Positions 1 through 8,576 of a stretch of 64,000 nt of DNA are shown piece after piece. Source of the stretch: a virus (taxonomy: Duplodnaviria; Caudoviricetes); the IMG/VR virus record IMGVR_UViG_3300036982_000217, positions 6,205-70,204 of that record, one strand, 5' to 3'. The notes beneath the pieces were generated by a model. The model did no database searches. It was not told the DNA's origin and saw only the letters and a program-made list of their open reading frames with translations. Position 1 is the stretch's first letter; every line of letters starts with the position of its first letter. The position numbers were made by a program, and so were the translations under genes.

Positions 1-501
1 ACAGCTATTTCACAAGGTGGTTCTTCTGTTAGCAATTCTATACTTTTTGGTGTACTTTCTAATACTAACACATATGGTACAGGAAATCAGCCACCAGGCA
101 CTTTTGCTGGAGGTACAACAGTTTATATGTCTAGACCTTTAATAGCAGGTGCAATAGGTGGTGGACTTAGTACAGCAAATGCAACTAATGTAGGTGGATC
201 TATAAATTTAACTGGTCTTGCTACAGCTCAAGTAATAGCAACAGTTTCAGGAGGAACCCTAGTAGGTAGTAGTGGTAGTAATGGTTCATTAATAACTAAT
301 AGTCCTTCAGGATTATTTTTCTCAACAGCAGGTGGTGGCGGATCTTCTGGTAATTCTGTTGCTACATTAGGTGGTGGTGCAGGTGGTACTGGTGGGCCAG
401 GTGCTGGTGGTGGAGGAGGTGGTGCTTCTGCAAATGGTATTAACTCAGGTGCTGGAGGAAATGGTGGAAATGGATTTTGTATAATAATTACATATTTCTA
501 A
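1..501 (+). CDS. C-terminal part of a glycine-rich tail fibre/appendage protein (5' truncated)
   Basis: Frame 1 is open from base 1 (TAISQGGSSV...). Ends in GGGAGGTGGPGAGGGGGGAS...GGNGGNGFCIIITYF, a glycine-rich C-terminus typical of phage fibre proteins. Confidence 0.65.
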   Translation, partial: TAISQGGSSVSNSILFGVLSNTNTYGTGNQPPGTFAGGTTVYMSRPLIAGAIGGGLSTANATNVGGSINLTGLATAQVIATVSGGTLVGSSGSNGSLITNSPSGLFFSTAGGGGSSGNSVATLGGGAGGTGGPGAGGGGGGASANGINSGAGGNGGNGFCIIITYF

Positions 502-635
502 TGTTACGAGTAGCAATAATTGTAGACAATAAGGTAGAAAATATCATAACTATAGAAGAAGAAAATCTATACATGCTTTCAGAAGTTACTTATATTGTTT
601 CTGACACATTAGAAATCGGGGATATAATATCTTAA
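501..635 (+). CDS. small 44-aa protein, possible fibre chaperone
   Basis: ATG overlaps the upstream TAA (TAATG coupling). Reads MLRVAIIVDNKVENIITIEEENLYMLSEVTYIVSDTLEIGDIIS. Below the ORF-track cutoff. Confidence 0.6.
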   Translation: MLRVAIIVDNKVENIITIEEENLYMLSEVTYIVSDTLEIGDIIS

Positions 636-639
636 TTAA

Positions 640-672
640 TTTGTTATCTAAATAATTTTCATTATATTATAG
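640..672 (+). promoter_or_regulatory. putative Bacteroidota-type promoter TTTG-N19-TATATTATAG
   Basis: Same two boxes and spacing as at 22062. Resembles the Bacteroidota -33 TTTG / -7 TAnnTTTG consensus. Confidence 0.65.
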
Positions 673-695
673 ATATAATATATAATTATTTAGAA

Positions 696-1679
696 ATGGA
701 TATCTTAAATTTTATCAGTTGGATTAGAGGTCGCAGAGTAGTAAATTCTGTTGACCCTAATAAAACATTGCTACCTGTGGCTCTTCAAGATGAAAGAAGA
801 GATGATGAATATTTAACAGGTGCTATTTCTGTGGCAAATTTTACAACACAAGTTGCATCAACAATACCAGCTGGAGCTCAAGGACCAATAGGTCCTCAAG
901 GTGTACCAGGACCAGTAGGACCAGCAGGTCTTAATTGGCAAGGTGCATGGTCAAATACTGGTGTTTATGTAGTTAATGATGCAGTAGGTTTTGGTGGAGC
1001 ATCTTATTTTTGCATTAATCCAGTAGGACCATCCCCTTCAGATCCTGCTTCTGATCCATTAAACTGGGCATTACTAGCTTCTCAAGGTGCTACTGGTCCA
1101 CAAGGTCCTCAAGGAATCCAAGGTCCTGTTGGACCCGCTGGAAGTTCAAATCCTAATTTTAGTGTTGTACCATCAGGATTAGTTGTAGCATCTTCACCTT
1201 TTAATGTAGTTGTTTCTTTTTCAACTATTCCGGCAAATACATTTAATAATACAACAAAACCGATATTAACTATTAAAAGTGTTTTGCAAAAAGTTGCATC
1301 TTTAAACACTATGGTTGTTAGATTATATATTTCAAATAATGTTCCTTTTCAGGGTATTGATTATAATACAGTTGGGGCAACATTGCTTGCAGAGGGTGAT
1401 ACAGCAACAAATGGAGCTACTCAAAGAATTGTAAAAATTGAAAAAGATGTTTTCTTTTCTGGAGCTACAGCAGTATTTTTAGCATTAGGACTTCCTAGCG
1501 ATGGTTTTTCAGATTCAGCTATTGGTGCAAATTCATCTACATATAACTCAAATATATTTGATAATGGTTTATTAGTAGGATCAATTGATTGGACTCAAAA
1601 TGTTTATATAGTAGTTACTGTTCAATCTAGTGGAACAGATCAAATTGGTTCTAGATATTTATCAGTTGTAAGAATTTAA
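696..1679 (+). CDS. collagen-like repeat fibre/appendage protein
   Basis: Two G-X-Y tracts (GAQGPIGPQGVPGPVGPAG; GATGPQGPQGIQGPVGPAG) flank a WQGAWSNTGVYVVNDAVGFGGASYFCI module typical of phage collagen fibres. Confidence 0.75.
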   Translation: MDILNFISWIRGRRVVNSVDPNKTLLPVALQDERRDDEYLTGAISVANFTTQVASTIPAGAQGPIGPQGVPGPVGPAGLNWQGAWSNTGVYVVNDAVGFGGASYFCINPVGPSPSDPASDPLNWALLASQGATGPQGPQGIQGPVGPAGSSNPNFSVVPSGLVVASSPFNVVVSFSTIPANTFNNTTKPILTIKSVLQKVASLNTMVVRLYISNNVPFQGIDYNTVGATLLAEGDTATNGATQRIVKIEKDVFFSGATAVFLALGLPSDGFSDSAIGANSSTYNSNIFDNGLLVGSIDWTQNVYIVVTVQSSGTDQIGSRYLSVVRI

Positions 1680-1710
1680 TAATTAATAATAAAAGCAAAA
1701 ACAAAAAGTC

Positions 1711-2181
1711 ATGGATATTCTAAATTTTATTTCTTGGATTAAAGCAGGAAATTACAGAGAAACTCTTCCTACAGATGTTACTAACTTACTACCTATTGGA
1801 GCTAAAGATCCAAATAGAGATGATGCTTGGTTACCATTAGCAGTAAATGCTGCACCATTACAATCTTTATATGATAATGGTACTGTAACTCAGTTGACTT
1901 CAATTACAACAGCGGTTACTTTGAATGCATTTAATGGTGTAATCACTACTGTATCTTCTACATTAGCTGCAAATGCTAAAACATTTTTTACAGTAAATAA
2001 CTCTAATGTTACTGCTACTTCAAGAATTATTGTATCTGCAGAGTATGATGAAGCTGCAACAGGGATTGTTGTTTTAGGTGTATCAGATATTGCAACAGGA
2101 TCATTTAAAGTTGTATTGTCAAATGGTGGAAATGCTGCATTAAATAATGTAGTTAAAGTACACTTTATGGTTATTAATTAA
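1711..2181 (+). CDS. putative structural fibre protein, N-terminus paralogous to 696..1679
   Basis: Starts MDILNFISWI and contains RDD, like the previous gene. Thr/Val/Ala-rich beta-type C-terminus. Confidence 0.65.
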   Translation: MDILNFISWIKAGNYRETLPTDVTNLLPIGAKDPNRDDAWLPLAVNAAPLQSLYDNGTVTQLTSITTAVTLNAFNGVITTVSSTLAANAKTFFTVNNSNVTATSRIIVSAEYDEAATGIVVLGVSDIATGSFKVVLSNGGNAALNNVVKVHFMVIN

Positions 2182-2193
2182 TAAATACTAATT

Positions 2194-2532
2194 ATGTCAA
2201 TAGGAAATTTAAAAGACTACGGAAACAAAGGAAATAATTTTCCTTGGCAATTAAAAGTACTTGAAGGCCTACAAAAAATTTATGATTTTTTAGTAGGAAG
2301 TAGTGCAGTAGCAACAAGAACACCTGTAATTCTTTCTGATACTGGTGCTGGAGGTATATCAGTAACATATGGTTTTTCAATAGCCAATGTTGGAGCTGCT
2401 TCTGGAACAGTCAATGGTGTTACAATACCTGCAGGAACAACTGTAAATTTTGCTCCTGATAAGAATAACTCTCTAAGTGGTATTACTTATGATGCAACAG
2501 GTACTACATTTTTAATTACTTGGATTCAATAA
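2194..2532 (+). CDS. hypothetical phage protein, probably structural
   Basis: 112-aa ORF in a tightly packed operon with an A/T-rich leader. Confidence 0.6.
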   Translation: MSIGNLKDYGNKGNNFPWQLKVLEGLQKIYDFLVGSSAVATRTPVILSDTGAGGISVTYGFSIANVGAASGTVNGVTIPAGTTVNFAPDKNNSLSGITYDATGTTFLITWIQ

Positions 2533-2535
2533 GTT

Positions 2536-3786
2536 ATGAGTACCATAGTTTCCATAGCTGGAGGTTCAGGTTCTAATGATATTCTTACCCAATACCCAAT
2601 GCTCACAGATGCATTTGGTAGAGTTAGAACCGCACAACCATTAACATTATTTGATTCATCTCATAGATATAGAGATAATGGTTTATGGAATACTTCTACA
2701 ACAAGTGGAGGTACTGCAGTATTTAGCCCAAATGAAGGGTTAGTAAATCTAAATGTAACTGGTACAGCTGGATCTGAAGTACTAAGAGAAACCGCAAAAG
2801 TGTTTTCTTATCAACCAGGTAAGTCTTTGTTGGTTATGAATACATTTGTAATGGCTCCAGCTCAAACTAACCTAAGACAAAGGGTGGGTTATTTTGGAAC
2901 AGAAAATGGTATATATATTCAATTAAGAGATAACACTTTAAGTTTTGTAGAAAGAAGTTTAGTTACAGGTGTTGTAACTGAAACTGTTGTAGATCAAGCT
3001 TCTTGGAATGCTGATACAATGGATGGCAATGGACCATCTGGAATAACTTTAGATATTAGTAAAGCTCAGATTCTATTTATGGATATTGAGTGGTTAGGTG
3101 AAGGCACAGTAAGAATAGGGTTTATAATAGATGGAAACTTTATAGTTTGTCATAGATTTAATCATGCTAACTTAATTACTTCTACTTATATTACTACAGC
3201 TTCATTACCATTAAGATATGAGATACTTAATGTATCAACAGCAACAGCAACCACATTAAAGCAAGTTTGTTCTTCTGTAATATCAGAGGGAGGATATGAG
3301 TTAAGAGGAGCACAACAAGCTGTTGGTACACCTATACTTACTCCAAAAACTTTTGCTGTAGCAGGAACTTATTATCCTATGGTAGGTATTAGATTAAAGT
3401 CTACTGCATTAGATGCTATAGTTATAACTACAGCGGTATCTTTATTAGGATTAGGTAATGGTAAAAATTATGCATGGAGAATTGTGCAATCTGCTACAAC
3501 AACAGGAGGGTCTTGGGTTTCAGCAGGAGTAGATTCATCTGTAGAATATAACCTTACAGGGACATCTGTTACGGGTGGTAGAATATTAGCACAAGGATAT
3601 GTAAATTCATCTAATCAAGGTTCTCCAAGTATCAATATATTAAAAGAGGCAATATTTGCTAGTCAATTAGAAAGAAATACTTTTACAGGTGCACGTTTTG
3701 AATTAGTTATTGAAATGGCTATTGATGCTACAGGAGGAACTTTAGGAGCATATGTTTCATTAGACTGGGAAGAGGTAAGTAGATAA
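2536..3786 (+). CDS. phage protein of unknown function, probably virion-associated
   Basis: 416-aa beta-rich ORF. The DAFGRVRTAQPLTLFDS start is a motif I recognise from aquatic phage structural regions (recall, not searched). Confidence 0.6.
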   Translation: MSTIVSIAGGSGSNDILTQYPMLTDAFGRVRTAQPLTLFDSSHRYRDNGLWNTSTTSGGTAVFSPNEGLVNLNVTGTAGSEVLRETAKVFSYQPGKSLLVMNTFVMAPAQTNLRQRVGYFGTENGIYIQLRDNTLSFVERSLVTGVVTETVVDQASWNADTMDGNGPSGITLDISKAQILFMDIEWLGEGTVRIGFIIDGNFIVCHRFNHANLITSTYITTASLPLRYEILNVSTATATTLKQVCSSVISEGGYELRGAQQAVGTPILTPKTFAVAGTYYPMVGIRLKSTALDAIVITTAVSLLGLGNGKNYAWRIVQSATTTGGSWVSAGVDSSVEYNLTGTSVTGGRILAQGYVNSSNQGSPSINILKEAIFASQLERNTFTGARFELVIEMAIDATGGTLGAYVSLDWEEVSR

Positions 3787-3813
3787 GCTATAGATAAAAC
3801 ATATCAATTTACA

Positions 3814-4302
3814 ATGAGTACATTAATTCAAATATCTAACCCGCAAAATCCAATTGTTTTAACAATGGATGGTAATCCTGTTGCAGGTACAATTGCAGAA
3901 ACAGATTGTTCAATAATAAGCGTAGATCCGGGACAACTAAATTCTGGAGATATGTTTACTACTTTAGCTAAGCATCATATTATAGCTACAACTGGAACAA
4001 GTATCTATAGATTATACTATAATAATGTACCAACATTTGTAGGTGGCAGCTTAATAGCAACATCTAGTACTTTAACTCCCGGACTTAATTCAGGTTCTTT
4101 TTCTAGATTTTTTACAATTAGTGGTACTAATATTATTGGAGCTGATCCTATTGGTCAAGTTGAAACTGATTATAATCAAATAGCTGATGCTATTACATTT
4201 ATTGATTTAACTAATACAATGTACTTTATTTTTACAATTGAGAATTCAGATGTAAGTACTATTGCAGATGTTCCAAAATTTGTTACCCAAATATTTAAAT
4301 AG
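3814..4302 (+). CDS. hypothetical protein
   Basis: 162-aa ORF co-directional with its neighbours. Confidence 0.6.
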   Translation: MSTLIQISNPQNPIVLTMDGNPVAGTIAETDCSIISVDPGQLNSGDMFTTLAKHHIIATTGTSIYRLYYNNVPTFVGGSLIATSSTLTPGLNSGSFSRFFTISGTNIIGADPIGQVETDYNQIADAITFIDLTNTMYFIFTIENSDVSTIADVPKFVTQIFK

Positions 4303-4303
4303 T

Positions 4304-4591
4304 ATGAAAAACTTAATTATACTTTCTTTACTACTAGTATTTATCACTTCTTGTTCATTAGAAAGAAGACTTGAAAAATACTGTCCACTTTGTACTCAGA
4401 AAGATAGTATAGTTACTATAACACAAATTAGAGATACTACTATTAATATTCCGGGAGAAACTGTATATATAGAAAATACATTATTTGATACAACTGTACC
4501 TCAAACTTTAGATATTAGAGTACTTTGGGGTAGCAATAATCCAACAAATAAGATATATCTTGAATCATTTGTGCTGACAAAGATTTTTTAA
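4304..4591 (+). CDS. lipoprotein, spanin-like, possibly truncated or chimeric
   Basis: Start at 4304 gives MKNLIILSLLLVFITSC, a signal peptide with lipobox Cys. Lies directly before the holin-like genes. Confidence 0.55.
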   Translation: MKNLIILSLLLVFITSCSLERRLEKYCPLCTQKDSIVTITQIRDTTINIPGETVYIENTLFDTTVPQTLDIRVLWGSNNPTNKIYLESFVLTKIF

Positions 4592-4592
4592 A

Positions 4593-5141
4593 ATGAAAAC
4601 GGCATTATCAAAATTAGTAATATCAGCAGGCTACAGAGACATGGATCATTTTGTTACAAGTGCATTTCATCCTCAAATGGCTGGAACATGCACAGGAGTA
4701 AGTGCATTATTTGCAGGTATTGCTTATTATTTTAATGCTGTGTTTGGCATTGTTCTTCCAGTAGGAATAGGTATTATACTTCTTTTTGGACTTGAGTTCT
4801 ATACAGGACTTAAAGCTTCTAAATCAGAAGGTAAAAAATTTGACTCAGAACTATTTGGAAAAGGCTGGTTTAAGTTATTTGTTTACATGCTTATGATAGG
4901 AATATCAAATGCAATGGCAACTAATATAGAAATAAAACCTATATTTGGTTTTACTTTTAATGTGTATGAGTGGCTACACTATGCATTTTATAACTATGTA
5001 ATTATTAATTTAATCTGGTCAAACCTAGAAAATTTTAAAAGATTAGGATGGACAGAGTATTCTCCAATACTTAAACGTCTATCAAAATATATAAAAGATG
5101 AACCAATAAAACCAATAGATCATGAAGGAGAAAACAATTAA
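4593..5141 (+). CDS. putative holin
   Basis: Several hydrophobic helices, a WSNLENFKRLG motif resembling the SILEN motif of holin-4-type proteins, and a charged C-terminus. Confidence 0.65.
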   Translation: MKTALSKLVISAGYRDMDHFVTSAFHPQMAGTCTGVSALFAGIAYYFNAVFGIVLPVGIGIILLFGLEFYTGLKASKSEGKKFDSELFGKGWFKLFVYMLMIGISNAMATNIEIKPIFGFTFNVYEWLHYAFYNYVIINLIWSNLENFKRLGWTEYSPILKRLSKYIKDEPIKPIDHEGENN

Positions 5142-5340
5142 AGAAAGATGGAATGGTAAAACACCTAAGTTCTGGAAAAAAGTACAAAGGTGGGCCATTA
5201 TTACAGGAGCAGTTGCAGGAGCAATTATAGCTGCTCCAATTACTTTGCCAATTGGTGTAGTAACAGCTGCTAGTTATTTAGCTGCAGTTAGCGCAACAGT
5301 TGCAACAACCTCACAATTAACAATAGAAGATGGAAAATAA
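5122..5340 (+). CDS. small membrane protein, holin/antiholin-like
   Basis: Basic N-terminus (KTPKFWKKVQRW) followed by two Ala/Val-rich helices. Confidence 0.55.
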   Translation: MKEKTIKERWNGKTPKFWKKVQRWAIITGAVAGAIIAAPITLPIGVVTAASYLAAVSATVATTSQLTIEDGK

Positions 5341-5629
5341 AAAGAAAATAGAAGACTTTGAAGTAGAAGTAAAAACTAAGAAAGTCAAAGCTAAAGTAAA
5401 GAAAGAAGGTGAAAAAGTAGATGTTACTGTTGACACAGACAAAGTAGACGTTGAAGTACACAAAACATCTGAAGAAAAACACTTCAAGCTGGATGGTAGA
5501 AAGCTAGATGTAGAAGTAAAGAAAACTGCAGAAGGCACTCAAGTTAATGTAGAATCTGAGAACAACTTCCTTAGAAAAGTAGGAAAGTATATTGGAAATA
5601 TAATTGCCAAAAGATTCAAAAAGAAATAA
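5330..5629 (+). CDS. Lys/Glu/Val-rich hypothetical protein
   Basis: 99-aa ORF overlapping the previous gene, with internal KVDV-type repeats. Confidence 0.6.
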   Translation: MENKKKIEDFEVEVKTKKVKAKVKKEGEKVDVTVDTDKVDVEVHKTSEEKHFKLDGRKLDVEVKKTAEGTQVNVESENNFLRKVGKYIGNIIAKRFKKK

Positions 5630-5634
5630 TTGTA

Positions 5635-5793
5635 ATGAAGTATAGAAACAATTGGAAAAACACATTTAGGTATTGGCAAACACTAATGCTTAGATTAAGG
5701 TTTTTTGGCATTGATTTCTTTTCATTAGAAATTGATATCCCTAGAAACTTTTATCTTTTAACAGTTTTAAATCTTACAATTAAGAATAGATAG
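5635..5793 (+). CDS. small 52-aa hypothetical protein
   Basis: MKYRNNWKNTFRYWQTLMLRLRFFGIDFFSLEIDIPRNFYLLTVLNLTIKNR fills the gap before the terminator. Confidence 0.55.
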   Translation: MKYRNNWKNTFRYWQTLMLRLRFFGIDFFSLEIDIPRNFYLLTVLNLTIKNR

Positions 5794-5818
5794 TTATCTA
5801 CTTCTCTAGATATATAGA

Positions 5819-5850
5819 AATCCAGGTGTGTTATGTGCCTGGATTTTTTT
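5819..5850 (+). terminator. Rho-independent terminator
   Basis: AATCCAGG-loop-CCTGGATT stem followed by a T tract. Confidence 0.8.
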
Positions 5851-5853
5851 ATT

Positions 5854-5893
5854 TAAACTTCTATAATTTAAATTAAAAAAATATATATATTTG
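5854..5893 (+). promoter_or_regulatory. palindrome TAAACTTCTATAATTTA plus -7 box TATATTTG
   Basis: TATATTTG at 5886-5893 matches TAnnTTTG exactly. 17-bp imperfect palindrome at 5854-5870. Confidence 0.6.
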
Positions 5894-5918
5894 TCTAAAC
5901 CAATTAAATTAATGTCTT

Positions 5919-6221
5919 ATGGAAACAATTAACCAACAACCAGAAATGCAACTAACTCCTGAACAGTTAGAAGAGCAAAAAGAAAAAATGCTAGAGTTTT
6001 ATCAAACTTCTATGCCTTATTTAAGAGCACAATTAGATTATGAAGAACTGCTTTTAAAAATTGATGAAGCAAGATTTAAAAGATCTAGTATTCAATATCA
6101 ATATGCTATGATGATGGCTCCTCAACAAGAAGAAGCAGATGAAGAAAGAGGTTCAGATTTTGATATTGATAAAGAGTCTAGTACAGCAGATCAAGGAAAA
6201 AGAAAGCTTAAAAGAGGCTAG
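5919..6221 (+). CDS. hypothetical protein with helical N-terminus and acidic/basic tail
   Basis: First ORF after the promoter, 100 aa. Confidence 0.65.
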   Translation: METINQQPEMQLTPEQLEEQKEKMLEFYQTSMPYLRAQLDYEELLLKIDEARFKRSSIQYQYAMMMAPQQEEADEERGSDFDIDKESSTADQGKRKLKRG

Positions 6222-6223
6222 TC

Positions 6224-6601
6224 ATGGCTATAGTAAATCAAGTACAGAAGCGTGTAAGAATGCCTAAGTGGGATGTGGTTAAGTTTCAAATACTTACCCA
6301 CTGCTATGTTAATAGAATCAACTTAAGTGACTCTGACCTTAACTGCTTGACTTTACTAAGTTTTAATGAGCCAATAGAATTAACTCATTTTTGTTATGAT
6401 GCATCTTCAGAAGAAGAGCCTATTTTTAAGTCTCCACAGACTGTGAGAAACTGTATAAATAAAGCTGAGAAAACTAACTTAGTTGTTAAAGATGAAGAAA
6501 ACAAAAAATTAATTCGGATAAATCCAAGTTTAAAAATTCAGACAACAGGTACTATTTTATTAGACTATAAATTTTTAGGAGATGAATCCCAGAAAGCCTA
6601 A
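6224..6601 (+). CDS. hypothetical protein, possible winged-HTH DNA-binding protein
   Basis: SPQTVRNCINKAEKTNLVVK followed by a beta-hairpin resembles a wHTH recognition helix and wing (inference). Confidence 0.45.
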   Translation: MAIVNQVQKRVRMPKWDVVKFQILTHCYVNRINLSDSDLNCLTLLSFNEPIELTHFCYDASSEEEPIFKSPQTVRNCINKAEKTNLVVKDEENKKLIRINPSLKIQTTGTILLDYKFLGDESQKA

Positions 6602-6944
6602 AAGAATATATCAAGAAGTTGCAGAAGAATTAAATATTGATAAGGATTTAGTAGAAGACTTAGTAGAGTTTTATTACAAAAATGTCAGAAGCTTATTATC
6701 TAATTTAGAATATCCTAGAATAAACATAGAAGGTCTTGGTCATTTTGTTTCAAAACCAAAGATGGTATATGGATCAATAGAAAAGATATCAAGAATATTA
6801 AAAGAACATGACACATCTACATTTAAAGCTTATCATAATAAGAAAGCACTAGAAAATAAATTAGAACTACTACTGAAATTAAATCTTAAGATTCAAGATC
6901 AAACAGAAAAAAGAGAAACCTTTTTTAAAAACAAAAATAAATGA
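6582..6944 (+). CDS. HU/IHF-like DNA-binding protein
   Basis: IYQEVAEELNIDKDLVEDLVEFYYKNVRSLL...RINIEGLGHFVSK follows the HU/IHF helix-helix-beta pattern. Confidence 0.7.
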   Translation: MNPRKPKRIYQEVAEELNIDKDLVEDLVEFYYKNVRSLLSNLEYPRINIEGLGHFVSKPKMVYGSIEKISRILKEHDTSTFKAYHNKKALENKLELLLKLNLKIQDQTEKRETFFKNKNK

Positions 6945-7234
6945 AAAATGTACTTAATCTAATCTGGCAAAATAGATCACAGATATTTGAAGGTATTAAA
7001 AACTCTGTCATTAGAGATGAGACAGTGGAAGAAATATCTAGACTCAGATATGATATTTGTGATGAGTGTGAGCATAAAGGTAGAAAGTGTGCAGTAAAAG
7101 GAACAGCACCTTGCTGTAATGAGTGTGGATGTTCACTTAATTTTAAAACAAGATCATTATCATCTGAATGTCCACTTGGTAAATGGCAAGCAATTATTAC
7201 AGAAGAACAAGAAGAACAATTGGATAAGTTATGA
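6941..7234 (+). CDS. Cys-rich zinc-binding protein (DUF6171-like)
   Basis: CDEC...C...CCNECGCSLNFKTRSLSSECPLGKW. Confidence 0.65.
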   Translation: MKNVLNLIWQNRSQIFEGIKNSVIRDETVEEISRLRYDICDECEHKGRKCAVKGTAPCCNECGCSLNFKTRSLSSECPLGKWQAIITEEQEEQLDKL

Positions 7235-8064
7235 GTATAGTATTTAATGCAAAAGATCATAGCTATAAAAGCAATGATGGTTCAGAAATAAATTGGATTA
7301 GTGTTACCACACTAGTATCTCATTTTAAGAAACCTTTTGATGCAGAAAAGATTGCAAAAAAAGTTTCTAAAAATAAAAGATCTAAATGGTTTAATATAAA
7401 CCCAAAAGATATTATATCCATTTGGAATGCTGAATCAGAAAGAGCAGTAACTCTTGGTACATTTTATCATAACCAAAGAGAAGCTGACTTATGTTCTTTA
7501 GCATCAATAGAAAGAGAAGGAATAACTGTTCCAGTATTTAAACCAAATGATTTAACAAATGGAATTAAATTAGCACCATCTCAAAAATTAGAACCAGGCG
7601 TGTATCCAGAACATATGGTTTATCTTAAATCAGTTGGAATCTGTGGACAGTCTGATCTTGTAGAAGTAGTAAATGGATGTGTAAACATTATTGACTATAA
7701 AACCAACAAAGAGATCAAGACTGAATCTTACAAAGATTGGGAGGGAGTTTCTGAAAAGTTACTCCCACCTTTATCTAATTTAGATGATTGCAACTTTAAT
7801 CATTACTGTTTACAGTTAAGTATCTATATGTATATGATACTTAAACACAATCCTAAATTGCAACCCGGAAGAATGTTTATTCATCATATACTATTTGAAA
7901 CAGAAGGAGAAGATAGATATGGATATCCACTTACCAGATATGATGATAATGGAGACCCAATTGTAAAAGATGTAATTCAAATAGACATCCCATATTTAAA
8001 AGATGAAGTAACAGCTATTATGCATTATTTACATGATAATAGAAATAATATTAAAAAGAAATGA
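7231..8064 (+). CDS. PD-(D/E)XK (Cas4/RecB-like) nuclease
   Basis: ICGQSDLV...IIDYKT...YCLQLSIY carries motifs II, III and the QxxxY motif intact. Confidence 0.8.
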   Translation: MSIVFNAKDHSYKSNDGSEINWISVTTLVSHFKKPFDAEKIAKKVSKNKRSKWFNINPKDIISIWNAESERAVTLGTFYHNQREADLCSLASIEREGITVPVFKPNDLTNGIKLAPSQKLEPGVYPEHMVYLKSVGICGQSDLVEVVNGCVNIIDYKTNKEIKTESYKDWEGVSEKLLPPLSNLDDCNFNHYCLQLSIYMYMILKHNPKLQPGRMFIHHILFETEGEDRYGYPLTRYDDNGDPIVKDVIQIDIPYLKDEVTAIMHYLHDNRNNIKKK

Positions 8065-8576
8065 TTGTAAAACTATTTGATATACAGAACGGCAAAGTAA
8101 TTCCTACAGAACATTGCTATACACTAAAAGCACTTAAGATGGTAATGGATAATTATCCTGATGATTATATCAAGATATACCAATACTTGTTTTACATGAC
8201 CTGCCCTAATCCAGACTTGAACCCATTCTTTTATACACCAGAAGTAGATAAAGAATCTCTCATACTTGAACAGATAGATGCAGAGTTCTCTACAGAAGAT
8301 CAGGATATCTTTATAGCACTACAGTTCTGTCAGAGAATGTATGAAACACCTACATCTAGAGCATATAAAGGTATTGCATCTATGTTAGATAGATTAGCTA
8401 AATATATGGAGACTACACCTATCTCACACGGTAGAGATGGTAATATTAACTCTCTGGTAGCTGCAGCAAAAAACTTTGAACAGATTAGAGCATCATTTAA
8501 AGGTGCCTATAAAGATCTACAGGAAGAACAATCTAGTAGAGTAAGAGGTGGTATTGGAATGGCATATGATCAATAA
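8061..8576 (+). CDS. protein coupled to terL, candidate terminase small subunit
   Basis: Its stop overlaps the terL start and it has a helical C-terminus. Assignment is by position only. Confidence 0.45.
   Translation: MIVKLFDIQNGKVIPTEHCYTLKALKMVMDNYPDDYIKIYQYLFYMTCPNPDLNPFFYTPEVDKESLILEQIDAEFSTEDQDIFIALQFCQRMYETPTSRAYKGIASMLDRLAKYMETTPISHGRDGNINSLVAAAKNFEQIRASFKGAYKDLQEEQSSRVRGGIGMAYDQ

Noticed and set aside
873-1143. GGACCA/GGTCCT-type short DNA repeats
   Set aside because: They are fully explained by collagen G-X-Y coding.
4262-4303. Upstream start of the 109-aa ORF given in the track
   Set aside because: It overlaps the previous gene. The ATG at 4304 gives a clean lipoprotein signal peptide.
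7700-7710. Third copy of AAACCAACAAA
   Set aside because: It lies inside the nuclease catalytic motif (YKTNK), far from any start codon. It is probably coding-constrained, though it would be a possible extra sRNA site.
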